From: Takakia lepidozioides
Taxonomy: Eukaryota; Plantae; Bryophyta
Length of the DNA stretch: 64,000 nt
Reading direction: 5' to 3'
Assembly: GCA_030704615.1 (NCBI GenBank)
Contig: CM060733.1
Coordinates: 3,472,001-3,536,000 of the forward strand
This document shows, piece by piece, positions 24,071 to 37,577 of this stretch (position 1 is its first letter; each line of letters starts with the position of its first letter). The notes beneath the pieces were generated by a model that saw only the letters and a program-made list of their open reading frames with translations, did no database searches and was not told the origin of the DNA. The translations under genes and the position numbers were made by a program.

Positions 24071-24587
24071 ATATGACACAACATGATGTGGTTTTATGGA
24101 GGACCATGATATAACAGTACGGCATCCGACAAGTCTGTGCAGACTTCTCAACTACAACTTCTGGAAAATTAAAAAGCTCATAACATTAAATACATACATA
24201 TTAAACTTACATAATAGATAGCAGGTATAAAATAGGCAGCCGAAGTCTGTGTCGACTTCTCAAAAATGGACTGTCCGTCATCATGAAATGGTCAAATTTG
24301 TCCATGGTTATACAATGAAGGCTTATTCCTGTGGTAGCCCCATGACTTGTTTGGAAGACCAGAGTATTGTGGAAGTCGACACCGACTTCCAGATTTAGGA
24401 GAATCCCCGAACCTACGTACGCATCCGAACCTGCCTCCAATATCCTATTATCCGGGGACATCTTGGATACTTTAACTACAAAAAATGCCGAAATACAACT
24501 CCACAGGGTCTGAAATGAGGGAATATTCCCCCAAATATGCTCTGCTCATGCTTAAATGTACTCATTGCTCATAGAAAATACAGACCC

Positions 24588-26790
24588 AAAAGGGTGTTCC
24601 AGACATTGCGGGAAGGGAAGCTGTATGCCAAAGCTTCAAAGTGCGAATTCGAGTCACAAAAGTGGAGTTCCTAGGGCATGTGATTACACAGGATGGGATC
24701 AAAATGGATGACAGAAAGGTGAGGGCGATCTTAGACTGGGAACCTCCGACTTCGGTCCCGGGAGTGCAATCCTTCCTAAGACTCGCCTCCTATTACCGGA
24801 AGTATGTGAGAAATTTCGCCAAGATCGCGGGGCCGCTGTCAGATCTTCTGTGTAAATCTTAAGTCTGGGTATGGAACATCTTTTGTGGCCAAGCTTTTTC
24901 CGAGTTGAAGTAGCGGATAGTGGAAGCTCTAGTCCTCAAAATCCCGGAGTTCGACCGTCCATTTGAGATTCATACGGATGCGTCGGACTTCGCAATAGGG
25001 GATGTGCTCATGCAGGATGGACGTCCAGTGGCTTACGAAAGTAAGAAACTGAATGAAGTGGAGCGAAGGTGGCCTATGCACGAGGAAAAAATGAAGGTGG
25101 TGGTGCATTGCCTTGAGCTTTGGCGCCACTATGTTGGTTCCACCCCGGTAAAGGTGTTCACGGACAATGTCACGGTGAAGTATTTTGCCACGCAGCCTAA
25201 GTTGTCCCCAAAACAACTTAGGTGACAAGACACTTTCGCGGTGTTCGACGTGGATATCCAGTACAAACCGGGACGGGACAATGTGGTGGCCGATGCTGTA
25301 AATAGAAAGCAGCAGCTTATGTTGGTGTACAAGGGCGAGACGGCGCTTCAAAGGAAGATCCGGAAGGCTTACCAGAAGGATGAGATGGCGAAGTCCGTGA
25401 TGCGGGACTTGAGGATGGGGGTTAAATCGCAGTTCCACTTGCACAATGGACTGCTTTGGTATAAGTAAAAGCGTCTCTACGTGCCGAAGGAAGGGATCAG
25501 AGATAGTTTCGTGAGAGAATGCCACGATGGCCCGCTTGCGGGCCACGGCGGAGCCAAGCGCACCGCGGCACTCCTGAAGAAAGAGTATTTATGGCCCAAA
25601 CTGAGGGAGGAGGCCGAGGAGTATGTCAAGACATGCACCACATGCCAACAAAACCGGAGCGAGTACAAAAAGCAAGCGGGGCTGTTACAACCCTTACCGA
25701 TTCCAGAGGGGTCTTGGGAAAGTTTCTCGATGGATTTCATGACTGCTATGCCGCTATCAAAAAGATTCGATGCAATCATGGTGGTGGTGGATAGGTTCAG
25801 TAAAATGGGCCATTTCATCCCCACCAAGGAGACGGCAATGGCGCAGGAGACGAGGCGACTTTGCTTCGCCCATAACTTCAAGCATCATGGACTCCCGAAG
25901 GATATTGACTCGGACCGCGATCCAAAGTTTACAAGTAAAGGGCACTTTGGAAGAAAATGGGGATGAGGCTCAAAATGAGCACCGCCTTCCGACCTATGAT
26001 GGACGGCCAAACGGAAAAGGTGAATTTCGTAGTGAAGCAGATCTTGCGGAATTACGTGTCGGCAGACCAATCGGACTGGGTGGAGCACTTGAATGCGGCA
26101 GAGTTCTGTTATAATAACACAAAACACTCCGCAACGGGAGTTTTCCCTTTCGTATTGGTCTATGGAAAAGCACCTCTGGTGCCGACAAGTTGGGCCACCC
26201 AAGACGTTGAGGAACCGGCAGCAGCAGCGGTGTTGGAAGAACGCGAGCGCTTGTTGAAGCTCGCAAAGTACAACATTGCCAAAGCTAGGAAACGGTATGA
26301 ACGGCATGCAAATCGGAAGCGGAGGGAAGTTAAGTTTAAGGCAGGCACGGAGGTCTGGTTGAACATCAAGAATTTTCGACTACCTCCGGAAGTGAGTCCG
26401 AAGTTCATACCTCCGTATGCGGGACCCTTTCGCATCCGGAAGGTTATGAATGAGGATGTGTATGAATTGGAGCTGCCGGCAAATAGCAAGGTGCATCTGG
26501 TATTCCACGTCTCCCTTTTGAAGCCTTACTTCAAAGATGAAGCGCGTCCGAATCGGCATCAAGTGCTGCGTCCGCCACCTGTGCTGTTGGATCATGAAAA
26601 TGAACCTGAGTACGAGGTGGAGGCAGTGCTTAAGTCGAGGAGGTTCAAGAATCGAGAAACGGAGTATCTCGTGAAATGGAAGGGCTATCATCATGTGGAG
26701 GCATCTTGGGTGCGTGCCTCAGAAATGGGAAACGCATCCGAGGCGGTTGCAGCTTTCGAAGGGTGACCTCAAAAGCGGAAGAAGCGTTGA
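24588..26790 (+). pseudogene. pol: A1 pol continuation: RT end, RNase H, integrase, chromodomain
   Basis: EFLGHVI, HTDASDFAIG, HDGPLAGHGG...CTTC, SMDF, DRDPKF, GPFRI and YLVKWKGY; several stops. Confidence 0.95.
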
Positions 26791-27414
26791 TGGGGACATC
26801 AACCTTGGAGCGTGGGGGAGAAAATGCATGCTTAGCCCGGCTTAGCTAGCTCAGAAATCAGATTGCAAAAACTTGTATTGTACAGATTTTGTTATAAATG
26901 AAATGGTTTCCAAATGTTGTGCGTCATATTTTGTTTGGAATGGTGATGCATGGTATGGTTGGCTTGTGTGTAGAATGCATGCTAGCTTACAAAAGTGGGA
27001 AAGGTAAATTGGATTAATCGTGTGTTTGCGCAGTGCCGAAATCGGGTGACTCCCATCCAAGGGGCAAGGAAACTTGCGCCTTCTTTGGGAGTTCACGTGC
27101 TAGTGCGCACCTGGCGCGTGCGCGTACTATAACTGCGCTACCAAGGGGGTTGCCTTGTAGTGCGGGCTAACGCGGAAGCTACGTGCTTCCGTTCACGTAC
27201 TATAATGGTGTAGCCTCGTGACGAAGTTGTAGTGCGGTTTCGGCGTGTTCCCGTACCTCAAGCCAACATTCCAAGGCGGACCCAATTGTAGTGATTGGGG
27301 CGCACGGTTGGTTCAAGGTATCTTCCTAAGTCAAAAAAGGGTTCAAGGTGAACCCTTGCTCAAGGTGATGCCAAAAGCGGCCTCATGAGCGGTCGCAAGC
27401 AATGTTGTTGCAAG

Positions 27415-27955
27415 TAGGTGGAGCCCCGCACACCGGGTTGCGGTGGGAGTGGCATAGGACTCACCATGGGGTGGAGACCTTGTGGTGGGAGTCGTGGGGA
27501 GTCTTGGGAGTCATCACGGTCCAATGGGACCGTGGTGGGTGGGCCAAGACTCACCGCGACTCATCACCGGGAGTCGAGGGTTTTCGTGGTGGTTCGCCAT
27601 AAAAGGATGGTGTTGTTTGTGAAACCCCCGCGGACAGTCACAGAAGTATATATAGGGAGTAGTAACCCCAAGAACGGTGCAAGCCCGTTGGTGACCAAAA
27701 ACTAGTGAGTAAGCGTGCGAGCCGGAAAGCGACCAAGGTGTGGGGAGCTGTTCTGGACTGCCAACAACCAAAGGGAATTTCCACTAGGCTCAAATTAGGA
27801 GAGGGACTTGTGGAGGAGCAAAGGGGGACCGTTATGCCCCGGTGAGCAGCTGAAGCTCCGAGTTGGCCCGGCGGCCAGTTTGGGAGTTAGGCGCGCGCAT
27901 CAAAGCGACTAACTATGACTTGAAGGGGGAGCTTACCGAAGTGAGGTGCGCGACA
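27415..27955 (+). repeat. A1 3' LTR, with its 5' part and the PPT deleted
   Basis: The 3' UTR is fused at TAGGTGGAGCCCC to the LTR interior. It ends ...GCGCGACA. Confidence 0.88.
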
Positions 27956-29375
27956 GGTCCACTGCGTGGCGCTCCCCCAGTCGTCCATCCCCCTCCCTAG
28001 TCTTGCCGCCGATCTCCTACTTTGATCCCCCTTCGACCGATCCCCCAATCCCTTCCATTTCCAACGGTGGGTATCGCACCACGTGGACCTGCATGTGTTG
28101 TTCACTTCGTCGTGGAGGTAGGGTTCTCCATCTGGATTGAGCGAGGGTTTCTAACTGTCGTGCTTGTTTGTGCTCTTGCTTCGATGGGCTTGGGATGACC
28201 TGCCAGGGCCTCAATCGTGTGCGCTCTACGGCGTTTGTGATTCTCTTGCAACTCATGTCTTGCATACAATGCGTACATGGGGTTTTCTTCTTCTCTTCTT
28301 GTTCTTCTTGTTCTTCTTTTGTTGTTCTTTCTTGTTGGCCTCTTTCTTGTTTTTTGTTTTTTGTTTGTTCTTTCTTGAAGCTGACAGGATTGGCATAGGC
28401 TGCACCAAATCCCATGTGCAGGGGGATGAGGATCTGTAAATATAGTATCTTTCGCATATTAAACTTCAGCCTCAATTTCATGTTTGTTTTTTCATACTAC
28501 TTACCTTGCTAGATTCAAATGTGAACATCTGTGTGTTGCAAAATCGAACATGGTTGGGTATCGAGCAGCTGAATACGATTGATGGAGGTTGGAGAGTCCA
28601 AGATGGTTGTATACCGGCCAGCTCATAATGCATGCACTTATAGGGATTTCTTTTTCGACCTAGCATGGTTTTACTCGTCCTACACAACGGTCTCTTCTCA
28701 TGTTCCCTGCCCGTGCATTTTGGTCCCCTTCCTCTCATGAGTTGTTTTCCTCCCTCAATCCGTCACTTGCAAAACCCCAACATCCAATCCCTCCCGAGTT
28801 TTTGCTCCCCCACTGTCTGGTCCCCCCCCCCCCCCCCCCCCCCGCCCGCTCCCCCTGTCTTTGTTGCCCACGTGTCACCTCCCCTGACCACAGAATTGCC
28901 ATGCATGTCATATCCAGTACTCTCCGCACATGTCAGCTCCCCCTCTACTAACATCCCCCCACGTGTCTGATCCCCCTACTTTGATCCCCATGTTCTGGGA
29001 GTGGTTAGGGGTTCGCTCCCCCTTCACATCTCCCCATGTCTGCTCCCCCTTATGACCGCCCAAATCTCCCCACGTGTCGACATCAGTGATCCCCACTTTG
29101 GTGCTGTTGTCACGTGTCCATCGACTGATCCCCTGCTCCCCCGCGTGCCCGCTCCCCTAGGTACACTGCACGTGCGAAATGTCTTCCTCGCGAAGTGACT
29201 CTTTGGCGGCGGCTCTTCGTTGTGGTTTTTCTGCTGCTCTACTCATATCCTCTTTGTTGTCTATGCTTTGTGTTTTCCTTTTGTTCGTTGCAATTCGTGT
29301 GCTCTTCCTTGTTTTCTCTGGCTTCTGTTCCTTGCTTTTTCTTTTCTGTATTTCGGCGTTGTGTGCTCGTTGCCG

Positions 29376-29879
29376 ATGGCGAAGACTAGGCCTAAGGTTG
29401 TTCCCCCTGAGGATGGTATGTTGGTTTTTTGGCACAAGTCTAAGAAAGGGGACAAGGTTCCTTTCTGGTATACGCCAACTGAGTGGGAGGAGAAGATAGT
29501 GGAGGCAGAGGCGGACCTCAGAGTTGGTGATGGCGCGAAACAAAGGAATCCCTATAAGTGCAAGTTTTGTGGGAGGCCCATGAAGGATAAGGTTAGGTTG
29601 AATAGGCATGTCATTGATGGGGAGGGTTGTCCTTGGTTGAACATGGTGGATGGTTGGGACGAGGTTGAGTTGCCACTAAAACCTTGGCCCGCTCCCGAGT
29701 TCCCGAAGCAGGTTACTCATTTTGTGGACAGGTTGAGAGGGTGTACAAACCCCGAAGCGCGGCGCGTACCAGGAGACGACGTGTCCCCTACTGATCGGCA
29801 ACAGCAGCCCAAAGGAGCAAGAAAACGGAAGCCTAATGCCTACACCGTCACAAGTGGCTGCCCCTCACAAGAGGAGTAG
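29376..29879 (+). CDS. Putative zinc-finger protein exon of scaffold element C
   Basis: YKCKFCGRPMKDKVRLNRHVIDGEGCPW (C2H2/C2HC-like) followed by a basic stretch. Confidence 0.4.
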   Translation: MAKTRPKVVPPEDGMLVFWHKSKKGDKVPFWYTPTEWEEKIVEAEADLRVGDGAKQRNPYKCKFCGRPMKDKVRLNRHVIDGEGCPWLNMVDGWDEVELPLKPWPAPEFPKQVTHFVDRLRGCTNPEARRVPGDDVSPTDRQQQPKGARKRKPNAYTVTSGCPSQEE

Positions 29880-31626
29880 CCGTAGTGGGTCCAGTATCTC
29901 TACAGCCGTGAGCAGCCAACAGCAGAAATGGGGGGGATCGGACATGGGGGGGATCCGTCTCAAAGTCAGGGGGGGCCAGTCCGGAAAACAGCGAAGACAC
30001 GCAGATGTGGGGGAGCAGACTACTCATCAGGATGAGGGGGAATAGCCTGGGAGCTCGGGGCCTCTTGCAGGGGATGGGGCCATGGACATCGACCACACAC
30101 CGCACCCGATCACTCCTCCTGGAACATTTATACTCCTGCAACATGGACTTCTCCCTTCCAATTTTGCTGACCAAAATGATGAAAGATTCTGGGATGCATT
30201 TGTGAATTTTGCATGGAGTGGAGGGTTTGCAATGCGAGTGGAGAGGGCTGAACGCCGCTAGAGAAGATGGCTTCTACAAGAACAGGTTTGCTTCACCCCC
30301 CAATCTCCTTTTCAGTTTATGGCCTCTACTCCCCCCAATAGTTTCCCATGATTGCCCCCGGTTTATAAATGCTGATTCTGTGTTGCATTTTTGCCTACAG
30401 ATCAATGCTTCTGCGGGAGAAATTGAGGCTGTGCGGAAATCAGTGCGGGCATGGAGCACCTGCAAAGACGGCATTCCCTATGCTCTATCCATTGGGCTGG
30501 AGTTGGAAGATTTCGAGAGCTACCTTGTGGGAAAGAAGAGTACTCCTTTCGTAACACCCTCCTGTCCGGTGAATGTTGTTCCCCCCATCATGCCTGTCTC
30601 TGCTCCCCCTTCATCGTCTACCCCTCCCCCCCCCCGCCTCTGCTACAAACAGGTCTGCTCGCCCCATATCAGGTCCCCCCACGTCATGTCCCCCTGTCGC
30701 GCGGCTTTTACTCACCCATCCCTTCGCTATCCGAGGTGAAAACTCCAAGATAGAAGAGTTGGAAATCTCTAAGCACTCAGCCCGCTCAGAACAATCAGTC
30801 ATGACCTACAACTAGTGTATCATGGGGGTGTTTCCTATTTGTTTTCCTTCCCGCATTCATGTTAGTTAGTTACCTTACTGTTGGTAATTAAGTATCACTT
30901 TGCTTCAGCAATCTATCGGATTCCATCAACTCATCCATTCATTCCACAGCTTCACTCAGATCTCTCTACACAGTGTGAGTATGAAGTATGTATCAGATTA
31001 ATATCTATCAAGTATCAGGTTGAAGCCATGGAGTCTCTATTCTGCTCTACATTACAACTCTACTCCTTGCATTCATCAAGCATCAACAGATCATCCTCCT
31101 CCTACTCCGTGCTCTCCCTCTTTCTGCTCAGAGATGCTCTCTCTGCCTCATTTCCCCCCAGTGATGTTCGAAGTCCCCCCAAGAAGTGATCCTTTTCCAG
31201 TCCTTGCTCCTGGCTTTATCTTCCTACCCGTTGTTCTAACCGTTTCCCTCACTAACCGTCATCCGTGAACTAACATGTTCCATTCGCAGATGTTTTTCCC
31301 CACAGTCGTTCCCTGTCCTGCTATCCGTTCCCTATGGTCGTGACAGCTGTGTCAAGCTGTGACTGGCTGTGCGACTGTGTTGGGCTGTGTCGGCTGTGTC
31401 GGCTGTGTTGGACTGTGACGAGCTGTGTTGGCTGTGACGGGCTGTGTCGGACTGTGACGGGCTGTGTAACCCCCCCTAAAGTGCGCTGCTGTCACCCCTA
31501 AGGCTCCTGTTGGTCTCAGTCTGTGCAAAAATTAAGGGTACCCCACAGATCCCGTAAAAGTGTCTAAGTCCCAGACAGTCCTCTAACATTACCCCTTCCC
31601 CTCTCAAAAAGCCGTGTCCTCACGGT

Positions 31627-34600
31627 TTACTGTTTGGGATTTATAACCCTTTGTGAGCGAGCACCCTTCTGACGGTTAGAGTCTCGTGAAGGACTCCGTG
31701 TGCGAGCCCGTGTTCTGTCACTGGTTGAGGGAGATGATTGAACACTACCTGGATATGTCAGTCCCTCTGGAGGTTGATATCGAGGTAATCTTTCAGGCAT
31801 AGGAGACCCCCGTCGCTTCTTCTCTGCCATCTGAATTGCATAGTCCTCTGCCATGTCAAAAGAGTCCGCTGAAGAAACAGTTGTATCAAAATCCTCGTCC
31901 CCCCTGAGGTGTTTTAACTGTCGAACTTTAACTGGAATTCTCTGGGGCATACAATGTTGTCCCACCATGTCTGGAAGTTTAAACTATAAAACTTGTTGTA
32001 AGCGTTGAATTGCAAAATTGGTGAAGACCCTGAGCTCCTTGTCTGTCCAGGTGAGTGGTGTACCAATGACTTGTGAATTGTGCAAATATTTCCATGCCTC
32101 ATGTCCCTTAAAGAAAATATCGTCAGGCCCGAATTTCTGTGTTGACAAATTGTTCCAGGCAGCATGAAACCATGAACGAATCTGAGAATCCTTTTGCATC
32201 ATAACTTTTGCCTCATATAGGTACATATGAGGTGGCACTAAAGGTAAGACCCAATGATCCCTAGTGGAATAACTCAGAAAGCGCGTTTGCATCTTCTATT
32301 GCTCAATGTGATAACGTACCAGAAAACAAGCAGCGTAGTATAACCCGCAGCCCATGACAATACTTGCTACCTCTTGGTCTTGGTATAAATGAATCCATGT
32401 ACAACTTGGAAGGCAATTAATTCCTTCAACATGGTACTTGCCTCATGCCAGTACTGTGCAAAGTGATGATCCTCAATTGGTCGATTGTTCGGAAGAACTT
32501 TAGTCCTAGTGGCCACTGGCAACCAAATGCGCATGATTTGATAGTAATGTGTCAATGACTGCGGAGGACTAAATTCTTTCCAAGCCAAATCCAACACAAT
32601 GGAATTTTGGTTGAAGGGCATAATCATAGCCCGACTGTACTACTCCGTGCAGCTGGAGTTTTAGGTGGGTTAAAAGCAGCATTCCCCCATACCTCAGGCT
32701 GTGGTGGCTGTGTGGTGCTGTAGTAACAACAGGGTCAGCTACTGGCACAGTGACTTGTTGTGGTGTTGGTGGCACTGGCTCTTGTACCATTGGCATCTCC
32801 TGCACCCCCTGTGAAGAAGACTGAAAAGCAAAGTTCTCGCTTGTAAATAAGAAGCCATTAGCTGTTCCTCAGGTACACAGACTCTCTTGTCGATATTTGA
32901 AGTGAGGTCCTCCACTTGAGTCTGCAGGCCGTCTACATCCTCCTGTAACTCCGCTATCCTACTATAGACATTGTCTATAGTAGTTGTGGCAATGTTCTGC
33001 ACTTGCAGTCTGAGCTCATTCATCTCGCTTTGGGTGAGCTTTTGTGGTGCTTTGCCTCCACCGGCCCTTGTGCTAACCAGACCTGCATAAGGTGGTTATC
33101 CACCAAGTTGCTTGTGGCACCCCTTAGAGTATGCTCCTCTGTGAGCCTGTACACATCTATCTGCTGCTGTAAAGCCTCCATGCGCTTTGCATGAGGTTCA
33201 ACCAAACTCGCATAGGCAGCAGCCAGATTATTGGCTTCCTTCCAAGCCTTGTTAGCCACAGAGAGTTCATTTCTATTTACCATGAGCGTTTGTTGCAACT
33301 CCAGGATGTACCTCTCTTGGTCAGCTTCAACCTGCCTGTATTGTTGAAAGTATTCTCATTGCGACAGATTGTATTCTTCATATCGACAATGAGTTTCATT
33401 TGCTCAACATTCTCTGCCTCTGTACATCTTTCCGCTTGACTGTTTATTTCTATTGTAGCTTGGTCAAGCATAGTTGTGAGTGTAGCACATTGTATGGCCA
33501 TCCTGTCATGCACTGTCTGCAACTCCGTATGTAGTGCATTCACTTCTTGCAACTTGCTTTCATGCTTCACCTGCATTTGGTATAGCTGTTGCTTATGTGC
33601 TTCGTGCAACTGGTCTTGCGCGAGGCCTGCCCTCAATCAATTGTTCCTTGGCCAATTGCAAAGCCGCTTCTGTATTTCTAAGTCTTGCTGCATCTTGAGA
33701 GTGACCTCTTCATCGACCTTGTTTGCACACTCAGTGGCAAGTCGAGCCTCAAACTCCTTCTGAGTTCCTCCCTCAAAGCTGCAATTGGGTAGTTGGAACA
33801 TGGATTTGACATAAGTGCCCAACAAATTAAGTGTCCTGCTTATGGAACTCATAAGCATGGCCTGTTGAGGGTCATCATGGTGAGCTTGCTGCTGTTCTCC
33901 CTGATCCTCAACAGTGTGATGCCTCACGAACCACTCAGGCCATTGCCCCACCAGATTTTCTTCCTGAACCACTTCATCCGTCACGGGTGCTGCAGTGTCT
34001 TGACATTCTACTGTGGTACCTCCGTCACAGTGTGTGTATTATATGCACCGCAGGGTTTCCCCCTGGACAACCATTGCACCTCCGGAATCACTGTTTCCTT
34101 GACCAGACCAGAATATTCATAGAGAAGGTCCCCCTTCTCAATTTCTGCCACCACCTGTTCTGTAGTGGGAATATCTAACCCTTCTTTCTCCAAATCAATT
34201 ATTTCTGGTGGAACTGCATGGACAACTTGTGGTAACTCTGTGACAAGCCGATCATTTGGCTGTGATGGCTGTGATACTGAAGTAACTTCCTCTTCCCTCT
34301 CTGAAGGTCCTGCTTCCAATAATAGCAGTTCTCTGTGCTGCTGTGCCCCTTCCTGCACAAGAGCTTGGGAAACATTATCATGCGGTTTCCGTGAAGCCAA
34401 TGGATCCGCCACTACAGTCTTTCCCCGCCTCTGTCTCTTAGTCTGGGGTTGCCCTGCCAGTCCACCCTCACTGTGTGAAGAGCCTTGCTCTTCCATTGCA
34501 GTGGTTTCAGTCTCAAACACTCCCATCTCCTTTCTTTCCCGAGCATCAAGTATGCAGAATCAAGAATTATTTGAGCAATGATTGGGCCAGACACTATGAT

Positions 34601-35134
34601 AGGAGACTTTGCGGCAGTGCCCTGTAATCTTTTCATCTCCTCTACCAGTGCGTTGTACATTATGTCCGCCCATGCTACCTCTTCTCCTCTCAGGGCTTTG
34701 AGTATTTCCTCTGTGAAGGATCTGCTCAAATACTGTTGGTTCTGTTTCATGGCAAACAGAACGTTCAATACCTGGCCTACCTCCTTTAGCCTTGGGTAGA
34801 CGGCCTTGGTACAAGCATAACCCTGAGTTTTAAAGAAACTCCCTTCTTGGAATAAGTCCCCTATTTGCAGTCTTGCCCTGCTCCTCACATGCACCTGACC
34901 TGATGGCAATTCAAACAATTGCTGTAGGTATAGGGGAGTAATTTCTAATTCAACTCCCTTCACCGTTGTTGCTCCTGTCCTAGGCTCAAAGTTCTGCAAG
35001 AATTGTAACATGTACTGTCTATGGTGCAATGTCCAATCTTTGCTTTGCAATCCTTGCAATCGCAGCTCCTTCAGTAACTGTACCGCCTGTGGAGTAGCAA
35101 TCGTTTGTTTCTGCAGGATTGTGGTGCTCTTCAT
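31627..35134 (-). pseudogene. B1 3' extra ORF(s): plant-transposon-protein-like domain, acidic linker and long coiled coil
   Basis: Same-strand ORF chain (34412-35134, 34008-34526, 33637-33984, 33277-33636, 33020-33298, 32739-33023 and onward) between integrase and the PPT, rich in Q/E/L heptads. Confidence 0.6.
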
Positions 35135-36199
35135 CTGATTTCTTTCCTCTCACTCTCTCATTCTAGACCCACAGAAATGTTTTGGCTGTAACAATTGAAG
35201 AAATGCCTGCAGGGCACAAAGCATAAACGTATGGTTGCCACAAAAGCTATGGGTAATTTCTTGTAAGCCTGCGGGGCTTGCAAGCATCGATTAAGAGAAA
35301 AGATCCGATCTGTTCTTCCGTCCCTATGCCACTGCGTAAGTAATATTGCGAGCGTATAGTCTGTTAGTTCCTCCATAGCTTCAAAGCTATAGCATTGATG
35401 GTGTCCCGTCGAGACGCCGTTACTTAGAACGACGCCGACTCTTGCGCTTAAATTCCCTCCAATTTCTTGATCCTTTTCTGGCTTTCGATTGGCTGTAACC
35501 GCTGACTGGATTTTAGATTTAATTTTCTTTAGTGGACTTTCCCTGCTGGACTGTCCACTAGGATAACACATGTGACAAGAATTTCGCTTTTCTGTGCTTG
35601 CCGTTTGTTCTGTTGCCCCTTTTCCGTATTCATTAATGGGCCGCCATTCATCCGAATTGACGTGCTAAGTAGGTATTTTGACGGCCATTCTTGTCCTCTT
35701 TCTTGATAACATCTGTTCTTGCACTTCCTTCTCAGCTGTGTGTTGCGCCCTGACTTCCACGTGTCCCTTTCTAAACTGACTTCCGTCCTTTCTTCCGCCG
35801 GCCATTTCCCTGAAGTTATCCTGCGTCCACCTGTCACTGATTCTATGGATTGTGTAACCCTAGTAGGCTGTGTTGAGCTGTGACAGGCTGTGTCATACTG
35901 TGGTACGCTGTGATAGGCTGTGTTGCACTGTGGCTGTGTAGGCTGTGACACGCGGTGGTAGGTTGTGATAGGCTGTATTGCTGGGCTGTGATAGTCTGTG
36001 GCGCCGTGGCTATGATAGGCTGTGTCGTGATGGGCTGTGATAGGCTGTGTCGTGCCTTGATGGGCTGTTCTGTATGGGCTGCTGTGTCGCGCTTGTTCTG
36101 CCCGCCCTGGTCATATATGCTCGGCCTAGCGACAAGTGCTCCATACTCCGTTGGTATCACTGGCGCAGCCCGTGACTGCTTTTGCGTTTCAACATGCAA

Positions 36200-37577
36200 A
36201 TGCTGCAATGGTTTGTCATGGATACCACTGTACCCCTTCAACTTATTGGCATTGACTCTTCCCAGCATCTCTTTGTTAATGGTTTGTAACATGGCGGTGT
36301 TGTTATCATACATCTTTTGTATGACATAAGGTCCTTTCCATGGTGATTTAAGCTTAGAAGCTTTAATCTTTCCCTTCTTCTGCAACCAGAGAACCAAATC
36401 TCCCGTCTTAAAAGTCTTTATCTTGCCTTCATCAAACTGTTCCTTTCTCTTCATCTGAATTCTGGTCATGTTATCAGCTGCATCAGCACGTACTTCTTCC
36501 ACATGGTATAATTCATGTTTCCTGACCTTAATTGAATCTTGCAATTCCATTCTCTTTCCCCATTCCGTTCTCATGGTAGGTAACAGGAATTCCATTGGAA
36601 GTAAAGCTTCCATACCATAAACTAATTGGAATGGTGTATACTTAGTGGTGACTTTATATGAAGTTCTGTATGACCACAAAGCTGTCAGCAGCTTTGTATC
36701 CCAATCCGTTCTGTTTGCATTGACTATCTTAGCCAAGATAGTACATAGTATTTTGTTGGTAGCCTCTGCCTGTCCATTACCCTGTGGGTAATATGTTGTA
36801 CTTTTTCCTATGCACAATCATGAATTCTTTAGTCAATAATTCAATGGTCTCATTAATGAAGTGACTTCCCTGATCACTGATAAATTCCAAGGGAGCCAAA
36901 TCGTGTAAGTATGTTCTCATACAGGAACCTTGCTGTGGACTTGGCTGTGTTGTCCCTCAAAGGTTTAGCTTCCACCCACTTCGTAGTATAATCAGTGGCT
37001 GTAATTATGTACCTGTTCGGTGTATTCTTGGCTGGTGGGTTAATTGGTCCAACAAAGTCTAGTCCCCATTTCTGAAATGGTTCCGTAGGCATTGTAGGAT
37101 GCAAGGCCATCTTTCCAGATCTCTGCAAAGGTCCTAGCCTCTGACATTCATCACAACTCTGACAATACTTGTGTACATCTTTGAATAAAGTAGGCCACCA
37201 GTAACCTGCGAGTAGTATCTTCCTACTGGTAGTCTCTTCTCCAAAATGACCTCCAGCCACTCCTTTATGAACTTCCTCCAAAACTTTATTTACTTCATGG
37301 TGGTACAAGCATCGTTTTAGTACTCCATCAGGTCCTAGCTTATACATTCTGCTTCCTACCATAGTATAAGGTAAAGCCTTGATAGCGATTCTTTTCCTCT
37401 GCTCCTTACCATAACTAGGTTGGCATTGACCATGAGTAAGGTAGTATCTGATTGGCCACTGCCAAACCATTCATCTGCACTTCCTTGCACTCCCTTACAA
37501 TAACTCACATCAGGTAACTGATCGTCTACTCTGTGGCGCCTCTCCTGTTGTAGTCGTGACAAATGATCTGCCACAAG
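36200..37577 (-). pseudogene. pol: B1 integrase
   Basis: HKGVAGGHF...CDECQR, WGLDFVGP, YPQGNGQAEATNK, TPFQLVYG and WKGPY. No chromodomain. Confidence 0.95.

Larger units (their letters stand above)
6623..24587. mobile_element. Mutator-like element M1, internally deleted, with nested A2 and PPR fragments
   Basis: 9-bp TSD AAAAGGGTG at 6614-6622 and 24588-24596. Short imperfect TIRs are GGGGGTTGTTTTTTCATGAGC and rc GGGTCTGTATTTTCTATGAGC. Host RT is restored on removal. It holds transposase and MTase remnants homologous to M2. Confidence 0.88.
4297..27955 (+). mobile_element. Chromovirus-type Ty3/Gypsy LTR retrotransposon A1, degenerate and interrupted by M1
   Basis: LTR, PBS, gag and RT are present. 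RT breaks at HLKRV (6622) and resumes at 24588 with RT, RNase H, integrase, chromodomain and a 3' LTR. Confidence 0.92.
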
